From Actinomycetota bacterium (GTDB lineage Bacteria; Actinomycetota; Geothermincolia; Fen-727; Anoxymicrobiaceae): DNA of 64,000 nucleotides. Positions 19,370 through 30,130 of this stretch are shown here, piece after piece. Numbering within the stretch: the stretch's first letter is position 1; each line of letters opens with the position of its first letter. The DNA is taken from positions 68 through 64,067 of the forward strand of contig JAHIMR010000011.1 of NCBI GenBank assembly GCA_018896525.1, in the 5' to 3' direction. A program made the translations under genes and the position numbers. The notes below the pieces were generated by a model. The model was not told where the DNA came from. It worked only from the letters and a program-made list of their open reading frames with translations, and did not search any database.

Positions 19370-19458
19370 TGCACCTACCTCACAGGAAAACTCATGGCCC
19401 TTCCGATAAACCCGTCAGTTAATCTGTTCGACGACCGGCATTCCGCCTCCTTGAGGGA

Positions 19459-20463
19459 TCACTCGACCATCCACGAATGCGGGAGGAAGAACTCCCGGTA
19501 CTTCGTCAACGCGTACCGGTCTGTCATGCCGGCCACGTAATCACATACCCTCATCGGGAGTTCGCCGCTATCCCCGGGCTGGAACTCATCCGGAAGATAG
19601 CCGGGGTTCTCCTGGTAATGCTCCGCCAGCGAACGCAGCACACGAACCGCCTTGTTCTCCTCCGTCTTGGCGACCGAGCCTATGTAGACGTTTTTAGACA
19701 GGAAATCTCGAAGCTGGTCCATCAGCCCCCTGGTCCTCTCGCTCAGGCGAATCGCCTGGAGGTCGCTGCTGCTCTCCACCATGTCATGCGCCAGGTAGTC
19801 TATCCTCTGGCTGGGGTATCGCCCCATTACCTCGATGGGCTCGGCGGGCAGGTCCTCGAAGCACAGTATACCAGCCCGCAGCGCGTCGTCGATATCGTGA
19901 TTGATGTAAGCAATCCTATCGGCGGTGCGTACGACCCGTCCCTCCAGCGTCGCCGGCATCCCCTCTCCGGTGTGGTTGACGATCCCGTCGCGGACCTCCC
20001 AGGTGAGGTTCAACCCCATGCCCCCGTTCTCCAGGTGTTCCACCACCCTGAGGCCTTGGATGTTGTGCCTGAACCCTCCCGGCATGTACTGGGAGAGTGC
20101 GTTCTCCCCGATGTGGCCGAACGGGGTGTGCCCCAGGTCGTGCCCCAGGGCGATCGCCTCGGTCAGGTCCTCGTTGAGCGCAAGGGCGCGCGCGATAGTG
20201 CGCGATATCTGGGCCACTTCCATGGTATGTGTAAGACGTGTTCGGTAATGGTCGCCCTCGGGGGCGAGAAACACCTGCGTCTTGTGCTTGAGGCGCCTGA
20301 ACGCCTTGCAGTGGATGATGCGGTCGCGGTCCCTCTGGTAATCGGTACGTATGGAGCACGGCTCCTCGGTCCTCTCCCTGCCACGGGTGTCGGCCGCCAG
20401 GGCGGCCCGTGGCGAGAGCACCTCCCTCTCCGTCCTCTCTATCCGTTCCCGTACGGTCATCAT
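19459..20463 (-). CDS. dgt: dGTP triphosphohydrolase
   Basis: RDRDRIIH..AFRRLKHKTQVF, RTRLTH, GHDLGHTPFGH and DYVAGMTD. Confidence 0.93.
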   Translation of the reverse strand: MMTVRERIERTEREVLSPRAALAADTRGRERTEEPCSIRTDYQRDRDRIIHCKAFRRLKHKTQVFLAPEGDHYRTRLTHTMEVAQISRTIARALALNEDLTEAIALGHDLGHTPFGHIGENALSQYMPGGFRHNIQGLRVVEHLENGGMGLNLTWEVRDGIVNHTGEGMPATLEGRVVRTADRIAYINHDIDDALRAGILCFEDLPAEPIEVMGRYPSQRIDYLAHDMVESSSDLQAIRLSERTRGLMDQLRDFLSKNVYIGSVAKTEENKAVRVLRSLAEHYQENPGYLPDEFQPGDSGELPMRVCDYVAGMTDRYALTKYREFFLPHSWMVE

Positions 20464-20472
20464 AAGTCAGGC

Positions 20473-21051
20473 CTATTCATTGACCGCCTCTACGAGCCCC
20501 TCGGCAAGCACCTTGGCCCGGCCACGCGCGAACTCATCGTCCCGAGACGGACGTTGCGCGCATACGCCCTGGTGGCCACCTCCGGTGCCGATCGAGGCAT
20601 CCCCGACAACCCGCATGCCGTGTATCAGCATGATGTCCTGTATCGCACGCACCGTGGTCTCCTGTCCACCGAAGCGAGCCGCCGCCACCGACACCGCTCC
20701 GCCGGGAATGCCCACCAGCGCCTTCTCGCCCCGCAGGTTCCGGCTCTTGTCCCAGAACGCCTTGAGCTGCGCGCTGACGGTCCCAAAGTAGACCGGGCTT
20801 CCTATAACCAGCGCGTCCGCCTTCCGGATTATGTCGTAAGCGCCGGCCAGGTTGGCGTTCCGGTGGCACAGCTCCGGACACGGCGACCCGCAGGCGATAC
20901 AGTACGGCCTCTCCTGTCCCTCCAGAGCGTCCATGACGTGTATGATCCCTGTATCCGCGCCCAGTTCCAGGCACGCTTTTAAGACCTCACCCACCAGGTA
21001 CGCGGTGTTACCTTCCCTGTCCGGCGAGCCATTGATCCCTACGATAAGCAT
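20473..21051 (-). CDS. Flavodoxin / iron-sulfur flavoprotein family protein
   Basis: GINGSP..EGNT, CIAC...C...C, GSPVYFG and GGQETT. Confidence 0.85.
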   Translation of the reverse strand: MLIVGINGSPDREGNTAYLVGEVLKACLELGADTGIIHVMDALEGQERPYCIACGSPCPELCHRNANLAGAYDIIRKADALVIGSPVYFGTVSAQLKAFWDKSRNLRGEKALVGIPGGAVSVAAARFGGQETTVRAIQDIMLIHGMRVVGDASIGTGGGHQGVCAQRPSRDDEFARGRAKVLAEGLVEAVNE

Positions 21052-21062
21052 CGAATCACCCC

Positions 21063-23729
21063 CTACGACTTGGCTTTCTTCTCCAGCGCCGCTTGCGCGG
21101 CAGCTATTCTAGCTACCGGGACCCTGAACGGAGAGCAGGAAACGTAATCCAGGCCGGCATCGGAGCAGAAGCTGATCGACCGGGGGTCTCCGCCGTGTTC
21201 GCCGCAGATGCCGACCTTCAGGTCCGGATTGGTGGAACGCCCGAGTTCGACACCCATCTTGACCAGCTTGCCCACCCCTTCGACGTCAAGCGTCTCGAAC
21301 GGGTTGTCGACAAGGATCTTGCGCCTGAGGTATAGCGGCAGGAACTTCGCCTCGATATCGTCGCGGCTGAAGCCGAACGTGGTCTGGGTCAGGTCGTTTG
21401 TCCCAAACGAGAAGAAGTCGGCGTACTTCGCTATCTCGTCGGCGGTAAGCGCTGCCCGTGGAAGCTCGATCATCGTCCCTATGTGGTAATCAATCCGCGT
21501 GCCCTTCTCCTTGAAGACCTGCTCGATTATCTGCTCAGACTCTTCCCTGAGCACCTCTAGCTCGGTGTAGATGGAAACCAACGGTATCATTATCTCCACC
21601 CTGGGGTCTCCTCCCGCCGCCTTGCGCTCGAGCGCGGCCTCCATGATGGCCCTGACCTGCATATGGTACTCCTCGGGGAACGTAATCCCCAGACGGCAGC
21701 CCCGGAGTCCCAGCATCGGGTTCGCCTCGACCATCGACATGACGTTTTCCAGGTAACACTCCTTCTCCTCTATCTCCTCTGGTGAGCACTCCCCCCTCTC
21801 CTTGGCGACGGCAAGCTCAACCTCCAGGTCCGTGGCGTCAGGCATGAACTCGTGGAGCGGGGGGTCCAGGAGGCGGATGGTCACCGGCAGCCCGTCCATG
21901 GCCTCGAAGATGCCCACGAAATCCTTTCGCTGGATCTCCAGGAGGGTAGCCAGGTCATCCCCGGCGTCCTCGGTGCTCTCGGCCAGGATTATCCGCTGTA
22001 TTATCGGTTGCCGGTCACCCAGGAACATGTGCTCGGTACGGCAGAGCCCTATGCCCTCGGCGCCGAACTCCCTGGCCCGCGCCGCGTCCTCGGGGGTGTC
22101 GGCGTTGGCCCAGACCCCCAACTCCCGTATCTCGTCCGCCCAGGAGAGCACGGTGTCGAAGTCGCCGGTGACCTCCGGCTCCACCAGTGAGACCGGGCCG
22201 ATGACCACCCGACCGGTGGTGCCGTCGATGCTTATGACGTCGCCTTCCTTCACCTTGTGGCCCCCGATGGTGCAGCGACGGTCCTCCTCGTCTATGCGCA
22301 ACGAGTCGCAACCGCACACACACGGCTTGCCCATCCCCCTGGCCACCACCGCGGCGTGGCTGGTCTTCCCGCCGTGACTGGTCAGTATCCCCCGGCTGGC
22401 CACCATGCCATGGAGGTCATCGGGCGTTGTCTCCCAGCGCACCAGGATGACATCCTCGCCGGATTCCTCCTTGCTCTCAGCAGTGTTGGAGTCAAAGACG
22501 ACCTTTCCCACCGCCGCGCCGGGAGACGCGTTCATGCCCCTGGCCACCACCTCGTACTCCGCCCCATCGTCGAACTGTGGATGCAGAAGCTGGTCGAGCT
22601 GGTCGGGGTCTATACGCCCGACCGCCTCCTCCTTTGTTATGAGGCCCTCGCCCACCATGTCCACCGCTATCTTGAGGGCGGCGGCCGCGGTCCGCTTCCC
22701 TATGCGCGTCTGAAGCATCCACAGCGTTCCGTCCTCCACCGTGAACTCGATGTCGCACATGTCCTTGTACTGTTCCTCCAGTGTTTCCATGATGCTCTCG
22801 AGTTCGCCCGCCACTTCCGGCATCTCGTCAGACAGCTTGGAGATGGGCTCGGTATTGCGGACCCCCGCCACCACGTCCTCTCCCTGGGCGTTTATCAGGA
22901 AGTCCCCGTAACGGACCCTCTCGCCGGTGGCCGCGTCGCGGGTGAACGCGACCCCGGTGGCGGAGCTCTCACCCTTGTTACCAAACACCATACTCTGGAC
23001 GTTCACAGCGGTTCCCCAGTCGGCGGGTATCTTGTAGAGCTTCCGATAGTCGACCGCCCTCTTGTTGTTCCAGGAGCCGAACACCGCCTTGATGGACAGG
23101 TCGAGTTGCTCTTTGGGGTCTGTCGGGAACTCCCTGCTCGACTCCTTTCGGGTTATCTCCTTGAACCGCCCGACAAGCTCCTTCAGGTCGCTCGCGGAAA
23201 GCTCGGTGTCCATCGTTACGCCTTTCTCCTCCTTTATCGCGCTGATGGCGTTCTCGAACAGCTTGCCCTCCTGACGCCCCTCGCCCTCTACGCCCATGAC
23301 GACCTCGGAGAACATCTGGACAAACCTGCGGTAGGAGTCGCAGGCGAAGCGCTCGTCTCCGGTCTGCCGGGCCAGCGCCTCGACCGACTCGTCATTAAGG
23401 CCCAGGTTGAGAACGGTATCCATCATCCCGGGCATGCTCACACGGGCGCCGGACCTGACCGACACCAGCAGAGGGTCGTCCGCGTCCCCCAGTTTCTTTC
23501 CCATTTCCCGCTCCAGCGAGTCAAGGTGCTTCGATATCTCATCTTCCAGCCCCGGTGGGTACGCGCCGTTCTCCGAGAAGTAGACACACGCCTCCGTGGT
23601 TATCGTGAAACCGGAGGGCACCGGTATCCCCAGGCCGGTCATCTCGGCCAGGTTCGCCCCTTTTCCGCCCAGCAGGTTCTTCATCTCCCTGTTTCCCTCT
23701 CCGAAGTCATAGACGTACTTAATGCCCAC
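21063..23729 (-). CDS. ppdK: Pyruvate, phosphate dikinase
   Basis: LLGGKGANLAEM, VSVRSGARVSMPGMMDT, GGKTSHAAVVARG, GIGLCRTEHM and GICGEHGG. Start placed at GTG 23729. Confidence 0.97.
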   Translation of the reverse strand: MGIKYVYDFGEGNREMKNLLGGKGANLAEMTGLGIPVPSGFTITTEACVYFSENGAYPPGLEDEISKHLDSLEREMGKKLGDADDPLLVSVRSGARVSMPGMMDTVLNLGLNDESVEALARQTGDERFACDSYRRFVQMFSEVVMGVEGEGRQEGKLFENAISAIKEEKGVTMDTELSASDLKELVGRFKEITRKESSREFPTDPKEQLDLSIKAVFGSWNNKRAVDYRKLYKIPADWGTAVNVQSMVFGNKGESSATGVAFTRDAATGERVRYGDFLINAQGEDVVAGVRNTEPISKLSDEMPEVAGELESIMETLEEQYKDMCDIEFTVEDGTLWMLQTRIGKRTAAAALKIAVDMVGEGLITKEEAVGRIDPDQLDQLLHPQFDDGAEYEVVARGMNASPGAAVGKVVFDSNTAESKEESGEDVILVRWETTPDDLHGMVASRGILTSHGGKTSHAAVVARGMGKPCVCGCDSLRIDEEDRRCTIGGHKVKEGDVISIDGTTGRVVIGPVSLVEPEVTGDFDTVLSWADEIRELGVWANADTPEDAARAREFGAEGIGLCRTEHMFLGDRQPIIQRIILAESTEDAGDDLATLLEIQRKDFVGIFEAMDGLPVTIRLLDPPLHEFMPDATDLEVELAVAKERGECSPEEIEEKECYLENVMSMVEANPMLGLRGCRLGITFPEEYHMQVRAIMEAALERKAAGGDPRVEIMIPLVSIYTELEVLREESEQIIEQVFKEKGTRIDYHIGTMIELPRAALTADEIAKYADFFSFGTNDLTQTTFGFSRDDIEAKFLPLYLRRKILVDNPFETLDVEGVGKLVKMGVELGRSTNPDLKVGICGEHGGDPRSISFCSDAGLDYVSCSPFRVPVARIAAAQAALEKKAKS

Positions 23730-23799
23730 CTCGCATACCCCCCTCTGCCTTATCACAACTCCATTTTTTCTTCCTCCCCCTCGCGGGGGGAGGATTGAG

Positions 23800-25881
23800 C
23801 TAATCCCAGGTCAACAGCGAAAAATCAGCAACTCTGTTGAACAGCGCATCGACGCCGGCCAGCAGGGACAGCCGGTTCACCCGTACCCCGGGGTCCTCGT
23901 CCATTATCAGTACATCGTCGAAAAGTGTATCGACCGGCCCGCAGACCGGCTCCAGGGCGGCAATCGCCGCCTGGAAATCGAGCCGACTGCACGCTTCAAT
24001 CAACCGAACCTCCGCCTCGCGGGCCAGTGCGAAGACCTCCCCCTCTATCTCCTCGGTGAACAGCCCCTCGGACACCTCCCCGGTCTCCTTGCCGCGCGAC
24101 AGGTTATGACATCTCTCGAACGCGGTGTACAAGCGCTCCAGCAGCCCTTCCTCACGTGCCAGCGCCAGCGACTCCAGCCGCCTCTTCACCGACAGCGGCC
24201 GGTCCCAGTCCACCGCCATCACCGCTTCCACCAGATCGTAGCGGTACCCCGCCTCGGTGAAGAACACCCTTTCCCTGCCGGAGAAGAACTCCGCCAGCGC
24301 GCTCTCAGCTTCGTCGGTCCAGGAGAAACCGTGTGCCTCCGCCTCCAGTTCCGAGGCCGACAAGCGTACCATCTCGCTCACCGAGAGAGGCAGCCCCCTC
24401 TCTATCATGATGATTATCATCCCCAGGGCCTGCCGGCGTAGCCCATAGGGGTCCAGGGAACCGGTTGGCACGTGCCCCAGGCCGAACGAGGCCGCCAGGT
24501 TATCCGACTTCTCAGCGAGCGACAGCACCGCTCCCTGGACGCTCCCGGGGACAGCGTCCCCCGCCCTGCGGGGAAGGTACTGCTCCCGTATGGCCTCCGC
24601 CACGCTCACGTCCTCACCGGACCTCGTCGCATAGATAGAACCCATTACCCCCTGCAGCGCCGGGAACTCCACCACCATGTGCGTCACCAGGTCGCACTTG
24701 GAAAGGGCGGCCGCTCGCTTCGCCATCCCCACGGTACTGCCGTCCATGCCCAGGGAGTCACCGATCCCGCCGACAAGCACTCCGAGCCGGGCGGACTTCT
24801 CGGCCATGCTTCCCAGCTCGGACTGGTACACCACGTGCTCGAGATCCGGGGTCCTTTCCGCCAGCGGCCTCTTCAAATCCTCGTTGAAGAAGAACTCCGC
24901 GTCGGAGAGGCGCGCGGCGAGGACACGCTCGTGCCCACGCCCTATCAGCTCTGAGCAGCCCGTGTCGCCGTTTTGAACCGCCAGGAACCCCGCCTGCAGT
25001 TCTCCTTTTGCATCCTCCATCGGGAAGTACCGCTGGTGGTCCTGCATGGCGTGCACCAGCACCTCCCGCGGCAGCTCCAGAAACCGCCGGTCAAACCGCC
25101 CCAGGAGCACCCCCGGCCACTCGACCAGCTGGACTACTTCCTCCAGTACGCCGTCATCCACTACCGGTACCATGCCCTCCCTCGCGCACACCTCCCGCGT
25201 CGACTCGAGGATCATGGCGCGCCTGCGGTCCTGGTCCGCCACCACCTTCTCCCGCTCCAGCAGCCCCTCGTAGGAACCCGGGACATCAATGATGAGGTCG
25301 CCGCTTCCCAGATACCGGTGACCGTAGGTCACGTTTGACGATTCCAGCTCCCCTAAGCGAAACGGTATCACCTCTCCGCCCGCTATCGCCAGCAGCCAGC
25401 GTACCGGGCGGCTGAAGCGTACCTCGCCGTTTCCCCAGCGCATCGACTTCTTGAACTTAAGCGATCCCACCAGCTCGGCCAGCAATCCCGGCAGGACCTG
25501 CAGGGCGGGCTCACCCTCAACCCGCGATACAGCGAAGACGTAGCTGCCCCTGGACGTGTCCTCGACGGACAGATCTTCCACATCTACACCCTGCGACCGT
25601 GCGAACCCGACCGCCGCCTTTGTCCACGACCCGCCCTCGTCCTTCGCCGCCGCCAGCGGGGGGCCTTTCTTCCTGCTGACCTCCGGAGAGGCCACGTCGG
25701 GAATGCCGGTCACCATCGCGGCCAGGCGTCGTGGGGTCCCCAGTACCCGAATCGTGCCGGCGGCAAGCCGGGCCCCCTCCAGGAGCCCGGGAAGCACACT
25801 CTCTATCTGGGAGATGCCAGAGTAAACCGCCCCGGCCGGCATCTCCTCCACTCCTATCTCAAGTAGAATATCCATGTCCAT
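23800..25881 (-). CDS. glyS: Glycine-tRNA ligase beta subunit
   Basis: [19 protein letters not shown]...[25 protein letters not shown] and NRL. Confidence 0.95.
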   Translation of the reverse strand: MDMDILLEIGVEEMPAGAVYSGISQIESVLPGLLEGARLAAGTIRVLGTPRRLAAMVTGIPDVASPEVSRKKGPPLAAAKDEGGSWTKAAVGFARSQGVDVEDLSVEDTSRGSYVFAVSRVEGEPALQVLPGLLAELVGSLKFKKSMRWGNGEVRFSRPVRWLLAIAGGEVIPFRLGELESSNVTYGHRYLGSGDLIIDVPGSYEGLLEREKVVADQDRRRAMILESTREVCAREGMVPVVDDGVLEEVVQLVEWPGVLLGRFDRRFLELPREVLVHAMQDHQRYFPMEDAKGELQAGFLAVQNGDTGCSELIGRGHERVLAARLSDAEFFFNEDLKRPLAERTPDLEHVVYQSELGSMAEKSARLGVLVGGIGDSLGMDGSTVGMAKRAAALSKCDLVTHMVVEFPALQGVMGSIYATRSGEDVSVAEAIREQYLPRRAGDAVPGSVQGAVLSLAEKSDNLAASFGLGHVPTGSLDPYGLRRQALGMIIIMIERGLPLSVSEMVRLSASELEAEAHGFSWTDEAESALAEFFSGRERVFFTEAGYRYDLVEAVMAVDWDRPLSVKRRLESLALAREEGLLERLYTAFERCHNLSRGKETGEVSEGLFTEEIEGEVFALAREAEVRLIEACSRLDFQAAIAALEPVCGPVDTLFDDVLIMDEDPGVRVNRLSLLAGVDALFNRVADFSLLTWD

Positions 25882-26770
25882 ATTCCTTTTCGGACCAGGC
25901 CCCCGCCAGCGGGTAACCCTCCTCCTCGCGCCACTGGAGGTAGAGCCGGGCGCAGGCGCGTGACAGCGCGCGCACCCTGGCTATGAAAGACGTCCGCTCT
26001 GTGACGCTGATCGCGCCGCGCGCGTCCAGCAGGTTGAACACGTGAGAGCACTTGAGGCACGCCTCGTAGGCGGGGTACAGGAGCCCCTTGCCGGCAAGGC
26101 CCTTCGACTCGTCCTCGAAGTCGGAGAACAGGCGATACAGAAAGGCGATGTCCGCCTCCTCGAACGCGTACCTGGACATCTCGACCTCCGTTTGGCGGAA
26201 CAGCTCGCCGTAGGAGACCTCCTCGTTCCACTCGATGTCGAACATGTTATCGATATCCTGCACGTACATCGCGATCCGCTCCAGGCCGTAGGTTATCTCC
26301 GCCGACACCGGCCTGCAGTCAAACCCCCCCACCTGCTGGAAGTAAGTGAACTGGGTTATCTCCATGCCGTCCAGCCAGACCTCCCATCCAAGCCCCCAGG
26401 CCCCCAGGGTGGGTGACTCCCAGTCATCCTCCACGAACCGGATATCGTGCTCCCGCACCTCGATCCCCAGCGCGGAAAGGCTCTGGAGGTATAGCTCGAT
26501 GATGTCGTCCGGCGACGGTTTGGATATCACCTGGAATTGGAAATGCCGCCCTACCCGGTTGGGGTTCTCCCCATAGCGGCCGTCCGTCGGGCGCCGCGAC
26601 GGCTGAACGTAGGCGACACGCCACGGCTCCGGACCCAGGCACCTCAGAAGGGTCGCCGGGTGGAATGTTCCCGCCCCCACCTCCATGTCGTACGGCTGGA
26701 CGAGCACGTAACCCTTCCTGGCCCAGTACTCCTGAAGGCATAAGATTATCCGCTGCAGTGTCATCGCCAT
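25859..26770 (-). CDS. glyQ: Glycine-tRNA ligase alpha subunit
   Basis: [40 protein letters not shown] and ITYGLER. Confidence 0.97.
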   Translation of the reverse strand: MAMTLQRIILCLQEYWARKGYVLVQPYDMEVGAGTFHPATLLRCLGPEPWRVAYVQPSRRPTDGRYGENPNRVGRHFQFQVISKPSPDDIIELYLQSLSALGIEVREHDIRFVEDDWESPTLGAWGLGWEVWLDGMEITQFTYFQQVGGFDCRPVSAEITYGLERIAMYVQDIDNMFDIEWNEEVSYGELFRQTEVEMSRYAFEEADIAFLYRLFSDFEDESKGLAGKGLLYPAYEACLKCSHVFNLLDARGAISVTERTSFIARVRALSRACARLYLQWREEEGYPLAGAWSEKEYGHGYST

Positions 26771-26796
26771 CCGGTGGTTCTCCGTTCCTTTCTTAG

Positions 26797-27846
26797 TCAC
26801 GTGACCAGTAACGCCAGAAACGGGTAAATGCCAAGGGCCATGATTCCGGCCAGTAGAGAGTATTCTAACCCCTTCTTCCAGTAAAGGTAACCCAGCATCC
26901 CCACCAGGGACAGCGCGAAGAAGAACGAACCGGCCAGGGCGATGGTCAGACTGTCACCCGACGAACTGCTTATCATGTAGAAGTAGCCGAAAGCCAGAAG
27001 CGTCCCGGCGATTACGCCGGCCCAGTGGGGCTCCGCCTTCAGGCGTTCCTGGTACCTTATGAACAGCCAGACGAACGCCGATACCCCCAGGAACACGAAC
27101 AACACCTGGTTATTGACCGCCAGGTTGATAAAGTTAAGTGAGCTCTTCCACGCTGGGTACGCCTGTATCCGGGTCTCTCCCGACAGGCCTAACGCCTCCC
27201 CGGTGATCGTCGAAAGCAGCAGCACCCCCAGCGCGGCCGCACCCCACGGCACCGCGCCGGAAAGCAGGTCCCAGGCGTCGGAGAGCCGGCCCTCGCCGGA
27301 GAGCGCCCTGTCGAGGATAGGTGTCCCCATGTCGGTCCTTCGGGACACATTGATCCCCAGGAAGGTGAAGATAGCGCCCTGAAGTACGAGCATCAGGGCC
27401 TGGTACAGCAAGAAATCCCCGAACTTCGGCTTGGTGGGCTCCCGTGGCTTCTCCTTCCCGTACTCCCCGGGATCCTCAGCCGTTCTGTACTCGTCGGCCC
27501 ACACCTTCAGCGCTACGGGGTACTCCTTCTTGAGCTCCTCGTACTGCCCGTTTGCGACATCGATCCACAGCGGATACTGCAACAACGCCCCCAGGGCAAG
27601 GAGAATCAACATCGCCTGGAACACCTTCATCTCCAGGGTTCCCTTCCTGACGATGTTCCACTGCCCTCCCTGACGGCGTTCCGGCTGCCCCTTTGCCTCC
27701 GCCCCGGAGGCCTTCTTCCCGGCAGGCGCCTTCCCCCCGGTCTTTCCGGCGTAGACCGGCTTTGCCTTCTTCTCGGTGGTGTACGATTCCCTCTGCGTGA
27801 CGGCCGCTCGCTTCTTCTTCTTTCTTTTCTGCTTTCTTGATGCCAT
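26797..27846 (-). CDS. Multi-pass membrane protein with a basic N-terminus, distantly CPBP-like
   Basis: About 7-8 hydrophobic segments and [12 protein letters not shown] near the C-terminus. The stop overlaps the glyQ upstream region. Confidence 0.7.
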   Translation of the reverse strand: MASRKQKRKKKKRAAVTQRESYTTEKKAKPVYAGKTGGKAPAGKKASGAEAKGQPERRQGGQWNIVRKGTLEMKVFQAMLILLALGALLQYPLWIDVANGQYEELKKEYPVALKVWADEYRTAEDPGEYGKEKPREPTKPKFGDFLLYQALMLVLQGAIFTFLGINVSRRTDMGTPILDRALSGEGRLSDAWDLLSGAVPWGAAALGVLLLSTITGEALGLSGETRIQAYPAWKSSLNFINLAVNNQVLFVFLGVSAFVWLFIRYQERLKAEPHWAGVIAGTLLAFGYFYMISSSSGDSLTIALAGSFFFALSLVGMLGYLYWKKGLEYSLLAGIMALGIYPFLALLVT

Positions 27847-28000
27847 CTTAAATACAGATGCGCGCGGAGCGCGCTTCCCCCTGCCTCCCTACTGTCCCCT
27901 ACTCTAATCCAGCAACTATTCTATAATAAGAACCAACACAGTTCCCGCGATGGGAAACGGAGAACCCACGGGTCAAAGACCGAGAAGTCGAGGAGGAGCC

Positions 28001-29239
28001 ATGTTTGACTTCCTGATGAACGACGAGCAGAAGGCCCTGCAGGAGGAAACCAGGGATTTCACCCGCTCAGTGGACCGGCAGTACATACTGGACCTCGACG
28101 CCGAGAAGATCCAGTACCCAAAGGAGATACTCCAGGAGGCCGGGCGTAGAAACCTGCTGGGCCTCCGGTTTCCCGAGAAGTACGGCGGGCGCGGCCTGGG
28201 ATGGACCGACGAGATAATCGCCCTGGAGGAGGTGGCGACTCTGGGCATCCCCCCCTCCTGCCTCTACTCCCTGGTGTCCATCGTCGGTGAGTGTATCAAC
28301 GAGTACGGCACCGAGGAGCAGAGGGAGGAGTATCTGAGGCCCACCCTCGCGGGAAAGAAGTTCTGCTCTGAGGCCCTGACCGAGCCCCGCGGGGGCTCCG
28401 ACTTCTTCGGTGCCACCACCACCGCCCGAAAGGATGGCGACCATTACATACTCCACGGACAGAAGAGGTTCATCGTGGGCGCCGAGGGTTCTGATTACTT
28501 CATGGTCTACGCCAAGACCGACCCCGACGCGGCAGACCCGCGAAACAGCCTCTCCTGCTTCCTGGTGGACCGGGATGACGACGTGGAGGTCAAGCACGTG
28601 TACGGGCTCATGGGCGCCCGAGGCGGGGGCACCGGCAGGGTGCTTTTCCGCGATACCAGGGTGCCCGCGAAGAACCTTGTGGGCGAGGAGAACGGCGCCG
28701 GCCGGATATTCTACCGCATGATGGTGCCCGAGCGTATGACATCCGCAGCGGGAGCGGTGGGCGGGGCGCGGGCGTCACTGGAGGTGGCGACCCGCTACAG
28801 CACCCGGCGCATGGCGTTCGGACAGAAGATCAAGGAGTTCCAGGCGGTCTCGTTCAAGATCGCGGAATCGATCACCGAGCTGGACGCCGCCCGGGGCCTC
28901 GTATACTCAACCGCGAGAGCGCTGGATAGCGGCATTCCGGCGGGAAGGGCGCGCCGGATGGTTTCGGAGTCCAAGAAGTTCGCCACCGAGATGTCCTGGC
29001 ACGTCATAAACCACTGCATGCAGGTCATGGGCGGCATCGGCTACACCAACGTCTATCCCATAGAGCGCGCCCTGCGCGACTGCCGCCTCATCATGATATG
29101 GACCGGCACCAACGAGGTGATGAACCTCATCATCCAGCACGAGTTCTACAAGGAGATGGCCGATGGCAAGGCCGCAGGGCGCGACACCGAGTTCGACGCC
29201 CCCGAGGCGTTCAACGAGGAAGAGAAAATATTCGAGTAG
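28001..29239 (+). CDS. Acyl-CoA dehydrogenase family protein
   Basis: [36 protein letters not shown] and [18 protein letters not shown] before ATG 28001. Confidence 0.93.
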   Translation: MFDFLMNDEQKALQEETRDFTRSVDRQYILDLDAEKIQYPKEILQEAGRRNLLGLRFPEKYGGRGLGWTDEIIALEEVATLGIPPSCLYSLVSIVGECINEYGTEEQREEYLRPTLAGKKFCSEALTEPRGGSDFFGATTTARKDGDHYILHGQKRFIVGAEGSDYFMVYAKTDPDAADPRNSLSCFLVDRDDDVEVKHVYGLMGARGGGTGRVLFRDTRVPAKNLVGEENGAGRIFYRMMVPERMTSAAGAVGGARASLEVATRYSTRRMAFGQKIKEFQAVSFKIAESITELDAARGLVYSTARALDSGIPAGRARRMVSESKKFATEMSWHVINHCMQVMGGIGYTNVYPIERALRDCRLIMIWTGTNEVMNLIIQHEFYKEMADGKAAGRDTEFDAPEAFNEEEKIFE

Positions 29240-29361
29240 CGGGCGCCGCCGCTACCGCCTGCATCAAGGTCTGCGCGTCCAGGCTGAGAGAGGAAGGCTT
29301 GCTGTCGGGTTGAGCTGAGTGTCGGCGGTAGCGGTATTTCGGTGGACCGCCTCGGTTCGTA

Positions 29362-29757
29362 TTATTCGAACCAGAACCCTTTAGCTTCGTCAGTCAACGC
29401 AACATAGCGCAAGACCCAGTTCTCCATCGCGGTGACCGTGGTTTCTGGAACCCCGAGCTCCTGGACAAGGTCCTGGATGTAACATCTCTCCTCTTCCCCG
29501 TATTCGCCGTCGGCATGGGCAATGCCAAGAAGCTCGATTATCGCGATCGCCCGTGCCTTCCCGGTTGTAAGGGCTTCAACGGCGGCGCCGTGAGAGGAAA
29601 GGTACCGCGCTGAAGGCATCGGAAGCTCCACCTCTCGCACCATCTGGTCAAGAACGTCCTGTTCCTTCGCTGTAATAGCATCGTCCGTGGCGATAAGTTC
29701 CCTCGCCAGGAAAATAACTGCTTCCTGCTGCATTGGAGTAAGCACCGAAAGATACAT
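29362..29757 (-). CDS. TerB-family protein
   Basis: Two TerB-like loops (IATDDAITAKE; AHADGEYGEEE). GAGGAGG RBS before ATG 29757. Confidence 0.75.
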   Translation of the reverse strand: MYLSVLTPMQQEAVIFLARELIATDDAITAKEQDVLDQMVREVELPMPSARYLSSHGAAVEALTTGKARAIAIIELLGIAHADGEYGEEERCYIQDLVQELGVPETTVTAMENWVLRYVALTDEAKGFWFE

Positions 29758-30010
29758 GGTTGCTATTTCCTCCTCTCTTGCCCCATCCTTGTTAGGGACA
29801 CCACACCCCGCGTTAAATTGCAATAGAAACCGTAACACATGACAGAGTCACCGGGGAAGCTGGCACGAGTCTTCCCGGTGCTTATCTCCCGAAATTCCCG
29901 GCCGGAGGTGTGCCGGCTTGGGATAGGGGTGCATGTAGAGGTACCAGTCATAGGCATCGCTGAAAGCCTGGATGTTGGTACGCTCAGATGCCTCTGCGGC
30001 GCTCCTTCCC

Positions 30011-30047
30011 AGTGCCTCGCTGGATAGATACGGTTAAGCACCGAGAG
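30011..30047 (+). repeat. Isolated end of the foldback element seen at 56.5 kb
   Basis: AGTGCCTCGCTGGATAGATACGGTTAAGCACCGAGAG matches the reverse complement of 56587-56623 at 32/37 positions. Confidence 0.7.
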
Positions 30048-30130
30048 AGGTTATTGCTCCCGGATGTTAGAATCAGACATCCGGAGGGCCGGACGAAGCC
30101 ACGTCGTTCGAAGCCGACTATAGAGGGAAT

